NCBI GenBank assembly: GCA_963666055.2
Contig: CAXWPH010000015.1
Span: 160,001 to 224,000 of the forward strand
Direction of reading: 5' to 3'
Source of the DNA: Acidobacteriota bacterium
GTDB lineage: Bacteria; Acidobacteriota; UBA890; WLXD01
Length of the DNA stretch: 64,000 nucleotides
Part shown: piece by piece, positions 14,594-24,536 of the stretch
Layout: the number at the start of each line of letters is the position of its first letter
Position numbering within the stretch: position 1 is the first letter of the stretch
Program-made: the position numbers and the translations under genes
The notes under the pieces: generated by a model
Told to the model about the DNA's origin: nothing
Databases searched by the model: none
Seen by the model: the letters and a program-made list of their open reading frames with translations, nothing else

Positions 14594-16858
14594 ATGCGAA
14601 CATCCCGACCCCGCGGCACGCTTTCCTCACGGCTGACTGTTTCTTCACGATTGACCGTCGTTGCGCTTCTGGCGGCCTTGACGACCGTCTTGGCCTCGCC
14701 GTCTCCGGCCACCGAACCGAACGCCGCTGCCGCGGTACGTGCCGACGAGTGGACGAGCTGGCGCGGCCCGCACCAAAACGGCGTGTCGCCAGCCACCGAT
14801 CTGATCTCCAGCTGGTCGGTAGACGGCGACCATCAGATCTGGCGAAGCGATCTCGTCGGACGCTCGACGCCGGTGGTATTCGACGGCCGTGTATGCGCAA
14901 ACGGCCGCCGCGGCGACACTCACGAGACCGTCGCCTGCTGGAGTGCCGAATCCGGCGAGCTGCTATGGCAGCGCGACTACGTGATCTACAACACCACTGT
15001 GCCGTACACGCGCGTCGGCTGGGGCGGCGTTACTGCCGATGCCGAGACCGGCTATCTCTACGCTCACACGGTCGATGGGCTGCTCACGTGCCTCGACCGA
15101 GACGGCGAAACGGTGTGGGAGATCCGGCTCGGCGAGACCTACGGACGCGCCTCCGGGTACGGCGGCCGCACGCACACCCCCATCGTCGACGAGGACCGCG
15201 TAATCCTGGGGCTGATCGGTACCAGCTGGGGGGAGTTCGGGCCACCGCGCCACCGTTTCTATGCCTTCGACAAGCGCGATGGCCGGGTGGTGTGGACCGC
15301 CAACCCGAGTGAAGAGAACCCCAAGGACATGAACACTCAGGCGACGCCGATTGTCGCCGAGATCGCCGGGCAACGGCTGATGATCGGCGGTGCTGCCGAC
15401 GGCTGGATCTATGCGCTCAAGGCGCGTACCGGCGAGCTCGTCTGGAAATACCAGCTGAGCAAGCGCGGCATCAACACGGCGGTGGTGGTAGCCGACGAGG
15501 TGGTCTACGTCAGCCACAGCGAAGAGAACCTGGATGGCGGCCCGCAAGGCCGTGTGGTGGCCATCGACGCTACCGGCAACGGCAACGTGACCGACACCCA
15601 CGAGAAATGGCGCGCCGACGAGATCACCGTCGGGTTCGCATCGCCGCTGTTACACGACGGCGTTCTGTACCTGCTCGATAACTCCGCCAACCTGCGCGCC
15701 TTGGATACAACCACCGGCGACGAGCTCTGGACGCACAACGTCGGCACGGTGGGCAAGAGCTCGCCGGTATGGGCCGACGGCAAGATCTTCGTCACCGAGG
15801 TAAACGGTAACTTCGTCATCCTGGAGCCGGGCAGCGATGCAGCGACGGTGCTCGATTCGGATCGCATCGATATTCCCGAGGAGAGTCGTGCCGCCGAGAT
15901 CTATGGCTCTCCGGCGATCGCCTACGGTCGCATCTACTTCACCACCGAAGATGGGATCTTCTGCCTCGGCGACCCGGCTCAACCGTTCAGCATCGCGACG
16001 AGCGCCAGCCCCGCGGCTGCCGAATGGGCACCCGACGGGGCGGCCGCCCACGTCGCCGTCGTGGTTCCGACCGACGTGGTGGCCAGTAGCGGGGAGCGCA
16101 TCGCATTCGCGGCCCGCATCTTCGATGCGGCGGGCCGTTACATCGGCACCCGCGCCGCAGAATGGTCGCTAGAGGACCTGTCGGGCTCGTTGAGCGCCGA
16201 GGGCGCGTTCGTCGCCGACCCCGCGGTCGGCAGTCAGGCCGGGCACATCGTCGCCGCGATCGGCAACCTCACCGCCCGTGCCCGCGTACGGATCGCCGGC
16301 TCACTTCCGTGGACAGAGGACTTCTCGTCCAGCCAGAAGCCGCGGCACTGGATCGGCGCCGGACGCTACGCCACGGCGGAGCTCGACGGCGAGCCGGTGC
16401 TGCACAAGCCACCGGCCGCAACCGGTCTCAATCGATCGGTTATCTACACCGGTCCTGAAAGCACGTCGGCGGTCACGGTACAAATAGACATCCTCGGCAC
16501 ACGCGCGGGTCGTCGTCGGCCGGACGGTGGCGTGGTGAACAGCGGCTACACACTCGACCTCATGGGCAACCACCAGCGGGTTCAGGTGCGGTCGTGGGCC
16601 TCCGAGCTGCGCATGGCGCAGCAGGTCCCGTTCGAATGGGACATGGATACCTGGTACACGGCCAAGCTGCGGGTCGATCAGACTGTCGATCGCGCCATCG
16701 TGCGCGGCAAGATCTGGCAGCGCGGCGAACCCGAGCCCGCTGCATGGACGATCACGGCAGAAGATCCGTTGCCGATTCGGCACGGCGCCCCGGGGATCTA
16801 CGGCTACTCCCCCGTCGATCTCTACTTCGACAACTACAAGGTAACGGTGAACGAATGA
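14594..16858 (+). CDS. PQQ-like beta-propeller with Ig-like and lectin-like C-terminal extension
   Basis: WTSWRGP, propeller repeats, C-terminal beta-sandwich (WYTAKLRV, GKIW, YFDN). Confidence 0.8.
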   Translation: MRTSRPRGTLSSRLTVSSRLTVVALLAALTTVLASPSPATEPNAAAAVRADEWTSWRGPHQNGVSPATDLISSWSVDGDHQIWRSDLVGRSTPVVFDGRVCANGRRGDTHETVACWSAESGELLWQRDYVIYNTTVPYTRVGWGGVTADAETGYLYAHTVDGLLTCLDRDGETVWEIRLGETYGRASGYGGRTHTPIVDEDRVILGLIGTSWGEFGPPRHRFYAFDKRDGRVVWTANPSEENPKDMNTQATPIVAEIAGQRLMIGGAADGWIYALKARTGELVWKYQLSKRGINTAVVVADEVVYVSHSEENLDGGPQGRVVAIDATGNGNVTDTHEKWRADEITVGFASPLLHDGVLYLLDNSANLRALDTTTGDELWTHNVGTVGKSSPVWADGKIFVTEVNGNFVILEPGSDAATVLDSDRIDIPEESRAAEIYGSPAIAYGRIYFTTEDGIFCLGDPAQPFSIATSASPAAAEWAPDGAAAHVAVVVPTDVVASSGERIAFAARIFDAAGRYIGTRAAEWSLEDLSGSLSAEGAFVADPAVGSQAGHIVAAIGNLTARARVRIAGSLPWTEDFSSSQKPRHWIGAGRYATAELDGEPVLHKPPAATGLNRSVIYTGPESTSAVTVQIDILGTRAGRRRPDGGVVNSGYTLDLMGNHQRVQVRSWASELRMAQQVPFEWDMDTWYTAKLRVDQTVDRAIVRGKIWQRGEPEPAAWTITAEDPLPIRHGAPGIYGYSPVDLYFDNYKVTVNE

Positions 16859-18369
16859 TGCGTCGGAAGCTCTACTTCGGGATCCTGGTGGCCACCATCG
16901 TAACGGGCGTGGCAAGCGGCGCCGCCGTGCGTGGCGCGGTGGCCGGAACGCCGTCCGCAACAACGCTCGCCGTCGCGGCCGACGACGGTGTGGGGATGTT
17001 CGGCGGCGGCCCCGACCGCAACATGGTGTCCGACGAGACCGGGCTTCCCGGGGAGTGGGATACCCGCGCCGGGATGAACGTCAAGTGGTCGGTGGGCGTG
17101 GGCTCGCAGAGCTACGCCGGCCCGGTGGTGGTGGACGGCAAGGTGTTCATCGGCACCAACAACGAGGGGATGCGTAATCCCGATCTGCCCAACGACAAGG
17201 GCGTGATCATGGCGTTCGATGCCGACAGCGGCGAGTTTCTGTGGCAAATGGTGCACGACAAGCTGCCCGTTGGCCGGGTCAACGACTGGCCGCTACAGGG
17301 CATCTGCTCGACTCCGTACATCGAGGGCGACCGTCTTTACTACGTTTCCAACCAGGCCCACGTCGTCTGCGTCGACACCGAGGGACACCATGACGGCGAG
17401 AACGACGGACCGGACACCAGCGAGGAGCACACCTCGCCGATCGATGGCGACCGCATTTGGTCGTTCGACATGATCGGCGAGGTCGACGCCTTTCCGCACA
17501 ACCTGGCCACCAGCTCGCCACTGGTGGTGGGTGATCTGGTCTTCGCCTCGACAGGGAACGGCGTCGACGAGGGCCACGTGGCCATCCCCTCGCCTTTCGG
17601 TGCCAGCTTCGTAGCGTTGAACAAGCACACCGGCGAGCTGGTGTGGGACAACGCCGATCCCGGCGAGGGCATCTTGCACGGCACCTGGACGAACCCGACC
17701 TACGCGGTGGTGCAGGGCCGGCCGATGGTGATCTTCCCCGGTGGCGACGGCTGGGTACGCGCCTTCGTTCCCGAAACTGGTGAGCTGCTGTGGAAGTTCG
17801 ACGCCAACCCCAAGGACGCGGAGTGGCGTCTCGGCGGTCGTGGCACGCGCAACAACATCCTCTCCACGGTGGTGGTGCACGACGACAAGGCCTATATCGG
17901 AGTCGGCCAGGATCCCGAGCACGGCGAGGCCCCCGGTCACTTCTGGTGCTTCGACCCCAGCGGCAGCGGTGACATCACCGATTCCGCCGTCATCTGGCAC
18001 CGGGGCGGGCGCGACTTCCACCGCACCATGTCGACCGCCGCCATCGGCGACGGAGTCGTCTACATCTCCGATCTGTCGGGCTTCCTGTACGCGCTCGATG
18101 CCGACACCGGCGAGCACTACTGGACCTACGACACCTTCGCGGCCGTCTGGGGCTCGGCCTTCCTCGCCGACGGTAAGGTGTACCTCGGCGACGAGGACGG
18201 CGATGTGATCGTGCTACGGGCCGGCAAGGAGATGGAGGAGATCGCCGAGATGAACATGGGCGCCTCCGTCTACACCACCCCGTACGCCAAGGACGGGGTG
18301 CTCTACATCCTGTCGCGCAATCGCCTGTTCGCGATCGAAGAGGGTGCCCAGTCGGAGCCGACGAACTGA
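16855..18369 (+). CDS. PQQ-like beta-propeller protein
   Basis: MFGGGPDRNMVS, GSQSYAGPVV, GICSTP; ATGA overlap with upstream gene. Confidence 0.85.
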   Translation: MMRRKLYFGILVATIVTGVASGAAVRGAVAGTPSATTLAVAADDGVGMFGGGPDRNMVSDETGLPGEWDTRAGMNVKWSVGVGSQSYAGPVVVDGKVFIGTNNEGMRNPDLPNDKGVIMAFDADSGEFLWQMVHDKLPVGRVNDWPLQGICSTPYIEGDRLYYVSNQAHVVCVDTEGHHDGENDGPDTSEEHTSPIDGDRIWSFDMIGEVDAFPHNLATSSPLVVGDLVFASTGNGVDEGHVAIPSPFGASFVALNKHTGELVWDNADPGEGILHGTWTNPTYAVVQGRPMVIFPGGDGWVRAFVPETGELLWKFDANPKDAEWRLGGRGTRNNILSTVVVHDDKAYIGVGQDPEHGEAPGHFWCFDPSGSGDITDSAVIWHRGGRDFHRTMSTAAIGDGVVYISDLSGFLYALDADTGEHYWTYDTFAAVWGSAFLADGKVYLGDEDGDVIVLRAGKEMEEIAEMNMGASVYTTPYAKDGVLYILSRNRLFAIEEGAQSEPTN

Positions 18370-18434
18370 GCCAATTCCCGGGCGAACCGGCGGGCGCTCC
18401 ACCGGCGGAGGCGCACTTCCGCAAGCTCGAACGC

Positions 18435-18833
18435 ATGTACCTCGGGGCGCCGGCGAACGCTCACTTCGAGCCGCAGATCCGCATCGGCGAAGGCACCGCC
18501 GAGGTGCGCTTCGCGGTGCGGCCCGAGTACATGATCGCCGCCGGCTCGCTCCACGGCGCGGTGTACTTCAAGGCCCTCGACGACGCCGCCTTCTTCGCCT
18601 GCAGCTCGCTGGTGGAAGACGGTTTCTTGCTCACCGCCTCGTTCAACATCCATCTGTTGCGACCGGTCTCGGAAGGCGAGCTCGTGGCGACGGGCAAGGC
18701 AGTGCACCGCTCACGATCGCTCCTGCTGGGGGAGGCGGTGCTCGTCGATGCCGAGGGCCGCCAGCTCGCCCGCGGCAGCGGCACGTTCATGCGCGGCCGG
18801 ACGCCGTTGAGCGAGGCGATCGGTTACGCCTGA
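18435..18833 (+). CDS. PaaI-family hotdog-fold thioesterase
   Basis: GSLHGAVYFKALDDAAFFA, FNIHLLRPV, ARGSGTF; start may be slightly upstream. Confidence 0.85.
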   Translation: MYLGAPANAHFEPQIRIGEGTAEVRFAVRPEYMIAAGSLHGAVYFKALDDAAFFACSSLVEDGFLLTASFNIHLLRPVSEGELVATGKAVHRSRSLLLGEAVLVDAEGRQLARGSGTFMRGRTPLSEAIGYA

Positions 18834-18838
18834 GCGCC

Positions 18839-19445
18839 TCAGCTGCGACGCCACTCCCGCAGGCGAACCGTATAGACACGCGGCGTCGCCGGCGGCATCT
18901 TGGTCGGATCCAGCAGATCCATATCGAACTCCCAGTCGCGGCTGGGCGCCTGGTACACCGGGCTGCCGTAGCGCCAGTTGCCGGTAGCGCCAGTTGCCGG
19001 TAGCGCCAGTTGCCGGTAGCGCCAGTTGCCGGTAGCGTTGGTCGAGTACCACAGGTCGATCAGGCTGCCGCGATAGGTGAACGTGCACCCGCTCCAACGC
19101 TCGAGGAAGCGCGGCAGGTTTTCGACGCCGCCGTTGTACGCTCCCGGAAACGTCTCGGTGTTGCCGAGCAGGAAGGCGGCGTTGATCGTCGTGTTCGAGG
19201 CCACCCGGGCGTTCAGAATGCGCTGGCTATAGGCGAGATCGTCGTCGCCCCAGGCGTTCGGCAGGATGGTGATCGCGTCGGCCAGCACCGCCGCCGGCTT
19301 CTTGTCCTCGGAGTTGTAGTCGCCCTGGATGTAGGCCGGGTTCGCCGTGACCACGGTCAAGGCGTCGGGAAGCTCCGCGCCGTTCTCGATCTTCAACGCG
19401 AACTCGGTGTTGCCGCCGTCGTAGGGGGCGAGGTATCCGTCCCAC
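18839..19445 (-). pseudogene. C-terminal fragment of a PilX-like / hypothetical exported protein
   Basis: NPAYIQGDYN, YNGGVENLPRFLERW, TFTYRGS, YQAPSRDWEFD, MPPATP; no credible N-terminus. Confidence 0.55.
18968..19037 (+). repeat. Tandem repeat, 4 x 16 bp plus partial copy
   Basis: (gtagcgccagttgccg)x4 followed by gtagcg. Confidence 0.95.
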
Positions 19446-20013
19446 GCAGATGGCCTGGTTTTCGTCGCCCACGCGCCCGCGGGCGTGCGGCGCCACATCC
19501 GCCACGATCCGTTTCCAGACGCGAGGAGTCATTTGTGACCAGTTTTAGATGTTAAAACGCGTTTTTGATCCTTGATACATAGAAATACACTCCCGTGTCC
19601 GCCGCTGAGAAGCAGAAAATCGCCTCTGGACTCGAATGGCCCCTGGCTTGGAGCGCGCGCATCGCGGGCTATCGGCGGACAGGCGACAGCCGGGATCGTG
19701 TCCACTGGCCAATCTTCCGATTCAGCCAACGACCCCGGCCACCGCCACCTCGCGAGCGTTTCGCCGACTCGCTGCGTGAGAGCGACGGGTCGAGAAGGTG
19801 TCGGTCGCCCTCACCGCCCCCACCGTAGGGCGCTTCACAACCGGACACTTGAGGAACTTCCGCGTTTTCTCTAAGGATTTCCTGATGGCCGGGGCGTTGA
19901 ATCGCCGGCACACACCCGCTAGCGTCGTATCGACAGCGGCCCGCGCATTCGTTTCCCCCGCTCCCCGGGGTCTCGGAACGGCGCCGACCCGAGGTGAACC
20001 CGGAGTTGAAACG

Positions 20014-21363
20014 ATGACAAGCGTGCCGTCGCGCGCCATCGCAAGCATGGCCGTCGCACTGCTCGGCCTGCCGATGCTGGTGACCGCAGCCGACGAGCCC
20101 GGGTCGAACTGGCCGGCACTCGGGGGCGCGGACGGCCTGCGGATCTCCCAGGACACCGGCCTGCTCACGAGCTGGAACCAGGACGAGCATGTGCTGTGGA
20201 AGACGGCGATCCCCGGCCGCGGCCACTCCTCACCGATCGTCTGGGGCGATCGCATCTTCCTGACCACCGCCATCCAGGGCGAGGAGATCACCGGACACAC
20301 GCCGCTGGTGCATTACTTCGAAGGAGAGGTGTGGCGACATCCCGGCAGCTACGGCTCACAGTTCAAGCACGAGTATCGGGTTGTCGCGATCGACGCAACG
20401 ACCGGCGAGATCGCCTGGAACCGTCTCGCCCACGCCGGTGTGCCCTACGATGATCGGCACCGCACCGGCTCGTTCGCCTCGCCCACCGCCGTGACCGATG
20501 GCGAGAGCGTCTACGCCTACTTCGGTGAGCCCGGCGTCTTCGCCTACGACTTCGACGGAAACCGGCTGTGGAGCGCCGAGATCGGTAAGGTCACCGAATT
20601 CGGTCTGGGCGTCTCCACCTCCCCGGTGCTCTTCGAGGACCTGCTGATCGTGCTGGCCGACGAGGACGAGGGCGAGCATTCGTTCATCGTGGCGCTCGAC
20701 AAGCACAGTGGCGAGGTCGTGTGGAAGAAAGATCGGCAGGTACAGTCGAACTGGTCGACCCCGCTGCTCATCGAGCGAGGCGATCAACCACAACTGGTCA
20801 CCAACGGCTTCGAGTGGTTGATTTCGTACGACCCGCGCACCGGAGAGGAGATCTGGCGGGTTCCCGGGCTGCAGAGCAACGCGGTGCACCACCCGTTGCT
20901 GCACAACGACTTCGCCATGTTCACCGCCGGCTATCCGGACAAGGTGCTCAAGGCGGTACGCCTCGACGGCGTCGAGGCCGGCAGCGATGCCGAGCGCGTC
21001 GCCTGGACCTACAACAAGGGCATGGGCTATGTGCCGTCCAACCTGTCCTACGACGGCTACGTGTACCTGCTGAGTGACAACGGCATCCTTACCTGCCTGG
21101 ACGCCAACACCGGTGAAGTGGTCTACGAGGGGGGACGCATGCCGGTTGCACAACGGTTCTTTGCCTCGCCGGTGGCCTTCGAGGGCAAGTTCATGCTGGC
21201 CGGGGCGGACGGCGAGGTGTTCGTGATCAAGGCGGGCCCGGAGTTCGAGGTGCTGGCCACCAACACCCTCGGGGAGCCCATCTTCGCCACTCCGGCGATC
21301 AGTAACGGGCGCATCTACATCCGCAGCGAGCACAATCTCTGGGCGATCGGAACGACAGATTGA
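20014..21363 (+). CDS. Secreted PQQ-like beta-propeller protein
   Basis: Signal peptide, IPGRGHSSPIVWGDRIFLT, ATPAISNGRIYIRS. Confidence 0.85.
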   Translation: MTSVPSRAIASMAVALLGLPMLVTAADEPGSNWPALGGADGLRISQDTGLLTSWNQDEHVLWKTAIPGRGHSSPIVWGDRIFLTTAIQGEEITGHTPLVHYFEGEVWRHPGSYGSQFKHEYRVVAIDATTGEIAWNRLAHAGVPYDDRHRTGSFASPTAVTDGESVYAYFGEPGVFAYDFDGNRLWSAEIGKVTEFGLGVSTSPVLFEDLLIVLADEDEGEHSFIVALDKHSGEVVWKKDRQVQSNWSTPLLIERGDQPQLVTNGFEWLISYDPRTGEEIWRVPGLQSNAVHHPLLHNDFAMFTAGYPDKVLKAVRLDGVEAGSDAERVAWTYNKGMGYVPSNLSYDGYVYLLSDNGILTCLDANTGEVVYEGGRMPVAQRFFASPVAFEGKFMLAGADGEVFVIKAGPEFEVLATNTLGEPIFATPAISNGRIYIRSEHNLWAIGTTD

Positions 21364-21815
21364 GTCGTCCAGAAGTTCGTGTGCTGGTGCGCCGGCTGCC
21401 GGGCGCTGAGGACCTGCCACTGCCGAAGTACCAGACCGACGAGTCTGCCGCTGTCGACCTGCACGCGGCGCTCTCCGCGCCACTCGAGCTGGCACCCGGC
21501 GCCATCGAGCTGGTGCCGACCGGTTTGGCGATCGCGCTGCCGTCGGGATACGAGGCGCAGGTGCGGCCACGGTCCGGACTGGCCGTCAAGCACGGCGTTT
21601 CATTGCCCAACACGCCGGCGACGATCGACGCCGACTATCGCGGCGAGATCAAGGTGCCGCTGATCAACCACGGAGCCGAGACCGTGACCCTGACGCGCGG
21701 CATGCGCATCGCCCAGATGCTGGTGACACCGGTCCCACGCATCGTCTGGGACGAGGTCGACGAGCTGCCCGAAACCAACCGTGGACCGGGCGGTTTCGGA
21801 CACACGGGCGAGTAG
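21360..21815 (+). CDS. dut: dUTP diphosphatase
   Basis: AVDL, RPRSGLA, TIDADYRGEI, RIAQ, RGPGGFGHTG. Confidence 0.97.
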   Translation: MSRPEVRVLVRRLPGAEDLPLPKYQTDESAAVDLHAALSAPLELAPGAIELVPTGLAIALPSGYEAQVRPRSGLAVKHGVSLPNTPATIDADYRGEIKVPLINHGAETVTLTRGMRIAQMLVTPVPRIVWDEVDELPETNRGPGGFGHTGE

Positions 21816-22577
21816 CTACTGGCTCTGCGAGGCCTCGGGCCGCGCCTCGTTGCGCTGTCGGAAACGACCCCTACCGGACCCGCTCATCGATTCTTGATGA
21901 GCTTCCAGCTCCTCGCGAGTCAGCTGTCCGTTGCCGTCGGCGTCGGCGCTCGACAGGCGTTCCCACAGCGTCTCGGGCATGCCCTCGCTGCTCAGGTAGC
22001 CGTCGCCGTCCGCATCGAAGCGTGAAAACAGACCGTCGAGCATCCGCTGGCGCATGATCCCTCGACCTCGTTGATCAACAGCGCCGCCACCACCGCGGCC
22101 GAAGCCGCCTTGGAAGCCTCCAGACCAGTGGCGACCGCCCCCAAGTTCGGGTCGGCTGGTCCAGAGGCCTCCGCTGGCGAATCGATGTCTCCCGAACGGA
22201 CCGAATCGGCGCGCCCCAGCAAAGCCGTGACCCCGGGCAAGGGCGCGACCGGGTCCGAAACGAACCACGGCGCCAAACTCCCGGCCAGCCACGGCGCCGC
22301 CCATGAAAGCGCGGCGTAAACGTCCGCCCTGCTGCGGCATTAGCTCGTCGGCGCTGATAGCGCCGTCGGCGTTCACATCCAGACCCGAGAGCGAGTCCGA
22401 GGCAGCGGCAATCTCGGCCGCCGAGATCTGACCGTCGCCGTCGGCGTCCAACGCCTGCAGTAGCGACATCGACTGACGCCAACCGTCAGGCCGCTCCGTG
22501 GCCGTCTGCGCAAAGCCCGGCGCCGCAACTACCAGCATGGCAACCGTGATCGTTGCCGGAGTTCTCCAGGCGCTCAT
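21816..22577 (-). CDS. Secreted EF-hand protein with Gly/Arg-rich linker
   Basis: Signal peptide; DADGDGQIS, DVNADGAIS, DADGDGYLS, DADGNGQLT loops; GGAGG RBS. Confidence 0.8.
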   Translation of the reverse strand: MSAWRTPATITVAMLVVAAPGFAQTATERPDGWRQSMSLLQALDADGDGQISAAEIAAASDSLSGLDVNADGAISADELMPQQGGRLRRAFMGGAVAGREFGAVVRFGPGRALARGHGFAGARRFGPFGRHRFASGGLWTSRPELGGGRHWSGGFQGGFGRGGGGAVDQRGRGIMRQRMLDGLFSRFDADGDGYLSSEGMPETLWERLSSADADGNGQLTREELEAHQESMSGSGRGRFRQRNEARPEASQSQ

Positions 22578-22711
22578 CGCGTTCCTCCGTGATCCGATGG
22601 GCAATGCGACCCAGCGGTTTCCTGTCCACTCCGCGATCCCCTTTGATTGATTGGACCAGACGGCGCCGAGGAACGACGTCGACGGTTGGCAAAGTTGTGT
22701 AAAGAAGTGTA

Positions 22712-22727
22712 GGGGGGGGGGGGGGGG
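22712..22727 (+). repeat. G16 homopolymer
   Basis: 16 consecutive G. Confidence 0.9.
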
Positions 22728-22934
22728 TGGAGGATTACTGTGAGTACGGAGATATCCCCATTATTATCAGCAAGTTACAGGAGCTTCGAGCGTAACGGTG
22801 GATCGCCTCAATTACGGTGTATTAGGGGGATTAGCGGGGCCGTTTTGGTACAGATTTGGTACGGCGATCACCCGTAGGGCGTTCCCAGCATGACCGGCTG
22901 AGTACCGTCGATGAGCAGCCTTGCAGTTCTTTTC

Positions 22935-23245
22935 TTAGGGGCGGCGGGCGCGGTCAACTTGATCCTTTCCATACTTCAAGATCAGTGAGTTGAGGAAATC
23001 TGGTTCCACGTCCCGAACGTAGGCGAGTAATCCAGCGAGGCGAGAGCGCTGAGGAGGTTCCAAACGGTCGAGTTGGTGAACCTGGGCTTTGATGCCTCGC
23101 TTTAGAGAGCGCCCTATCGAGACTTTGCCATCGGGAGTTAGGACTAGCCCTGTGACGCGTCTGCGCCCGCGTCGCGATGAGTGGCGTGTTTTGTTTAGGT
23201 TTAACTCTAGCCCCGCTGGGTACGGGAGGGCCTTGAGAATACCGC
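22935..23245 (-). pseudogene. C-terminal remnant of a retron-type reverse transcriptase
   Basis: LPYP..LELNLNKTRHSSRRGRRRVTGLVLTPDGKVSIGR..KR (VTG motif and thumb); no YADD palm upstream. Confidence 0.8.
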
Positions 23246-23315
23246 GGTAGCCGCGTAATGTGACTCGTGTAACAACCAGTAAGTGTTCCTTCTCATTCCC
23301 TGGAATCCCATACCG

Positions 23316-23627
23316 ATGCACGAGACGAAGCACTCCGATGGACTAGGCAAACTGACTGAGCCGCTGGTCCTCGAAAGTGCAGAAGACGCTCGGCACCTGG
23401 CTATGGCGCTGAAGAATGGCAGGAGCTACACGGCGTTCAGGAAGGACATGTGTCCCCACGGCATCAGGTCTACGGCGTCGCTGCACGGGTGGTGTAGAGG
23501 TAACCGAGTGCCCACGCTGGAGCACCTGATCATGCTCGCCGGGATTGCTGGTGCGCGTGTCGTCATCGAACCCGATCCGGAGCGCACGCCAAAGAGTCAG
23601 GGGGACGGCCTTAACGAGGACGCTTAG
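23316..23627 (+). CDS. Small Cro/CI-like HTH protein
   Basis: STASLHGWCRGNRVPTLEHLIMLA resembles an Xre recognition helix; converges on the recombinase. Confidence 0.5.
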   Translation: MHETKHSDGLGKLTEPLVLESAEDARHLAMALKNGRSYTAFRKDMCPHGIRSTASLHGWCRGNRVPTLEHLIMLAGIAGARVVIEPDPERTPKSQGDGLNEDA

Positions 23628-24223
23628 AGTTCGATCTGCTCGCTGGCCTTCCTTACGTCCTCTCGTGTGATGCCGAGATAGGCGAGTAGCGACGCAGGTG
23701 TTCGGTGCCCGAGCTTGGTCTGGATGACCGCCATCGGGATGCCCTTATCGAGCGCGTGCCGGCCCCACGCTTTCCGCCATGAGTGTGGCGAGTAGGGTCC
23801 GCCCCTGAGCCCGACAGCATCCGCGTCGCGCCTGACGATCTTCCACACCTGGGTGCGGCCCAGGGGCTTGGGCAGGTCCGTGTCGGGGTCGCTGCGGTTC
23901 GACGGGAACAGTGGCGCCTCGAGCTGTTCGGGAGTCGGGTGACCGTCAGCCAGATACTCCCTGATGGCGCGCTCGACCTTCTTGGTTACATCGCAGGTCA
24001 CCGTCTTGCCGGTCTTCTGCTGCGTGACCTGGAACGAGGAGCGCAACTGCCCCTGACGATCGAGGACGGACCCGACCTTCACCGCGAGCAGGTCAGAGAC
24101 GCGCAGCGCCCAGTTCGGAGCTGCGGTCCACAGCAGCGCATCGCGGTAGCTGCCTGCTCCCCGGTGCATGTTCTGAATGGCCCGTACCTTGCCTACAGGG
24201 ATGTATTCAGCAGCGTTACTCAT
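23624..24223 (-). CDS. Short tyrosine recombinase (catalytic domain only)
   Basis: ALRVSD (R), QQKTGK (K), HSWRK (HxxR), LGH (H), LAYLG (Y) all intact; AGGAG RBS. Confidence 0.9.
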   Translation of the reverse strand: MSNAAEYIPVGKVRAIQNMHRGAGSYRDALLWTAAPNWALRVSDLLAVKVGSVLDRQGQLRSSFQVTQQKTGKTVTCDVTKKVERAIREYLADGHPTPEQLEAPLFPSNRSDPDTDLPKPLGRTQVWKIVRRDADAVGLRGGPYSPHSWRKAWGRHALDKGIPMAVIQTKLGHRTPASLLAYLGITREDVRKASEQIEL

Positions 24224-24364
24224 CGCGATATCGCTCCTGCCAGTAGTGAACGATACCGACGACACTAGACATGTCTGTTCACTTATGCAACCGAACGGGC
24301 CGCGATCGAGGGTCGGTTATCGTACCTAAGTCATTGCTAAGTATCGGCTTAGGTCGATTCCATC

Positions 24365-24395
24365 GAAGTGAACAGAATCGCTTTCTGTTCACTTC
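24365..24395. promoter_or_regulatory. 13-bp perfect inverted repeat, candidate recombinase site or operator
   Basis: gaagtgaacagaa-tcgct-ttctgttcacttc; an extra half-site tctgttcactt near 24274. Confidence 0.6.
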
Positions 24396-24536
24396 TGCCT
24401 GGGCGGCCCTGCGCCTACTGCGATCGTTGCCGGTGTCCCTTTAGCTCGTAACGGTAGGCGTCTCTTGATACCTACGCACGGGATGCATAGCCTGCGACGG
24501 CGAATTGTTCCCTTTCTCGAACCCCTAGGAGGGGTC

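Noticed and set aside
18968-19037. 16-bp repeat as a mini CRISPR array
   Set aside because: Units are contiguous with no spacers.
19500-20010. Intergenic stretch with an AT-rich patch as an IS end or ncRNA
   Set aside because: No paired inverted repeat or recognisable structure found by eye.
22935-24460. Functional retron or DGR
   Set aside because: No catalytic YADD domain, no msr-msd inverted repeats, no effector and no template/variable repeat pair seen.
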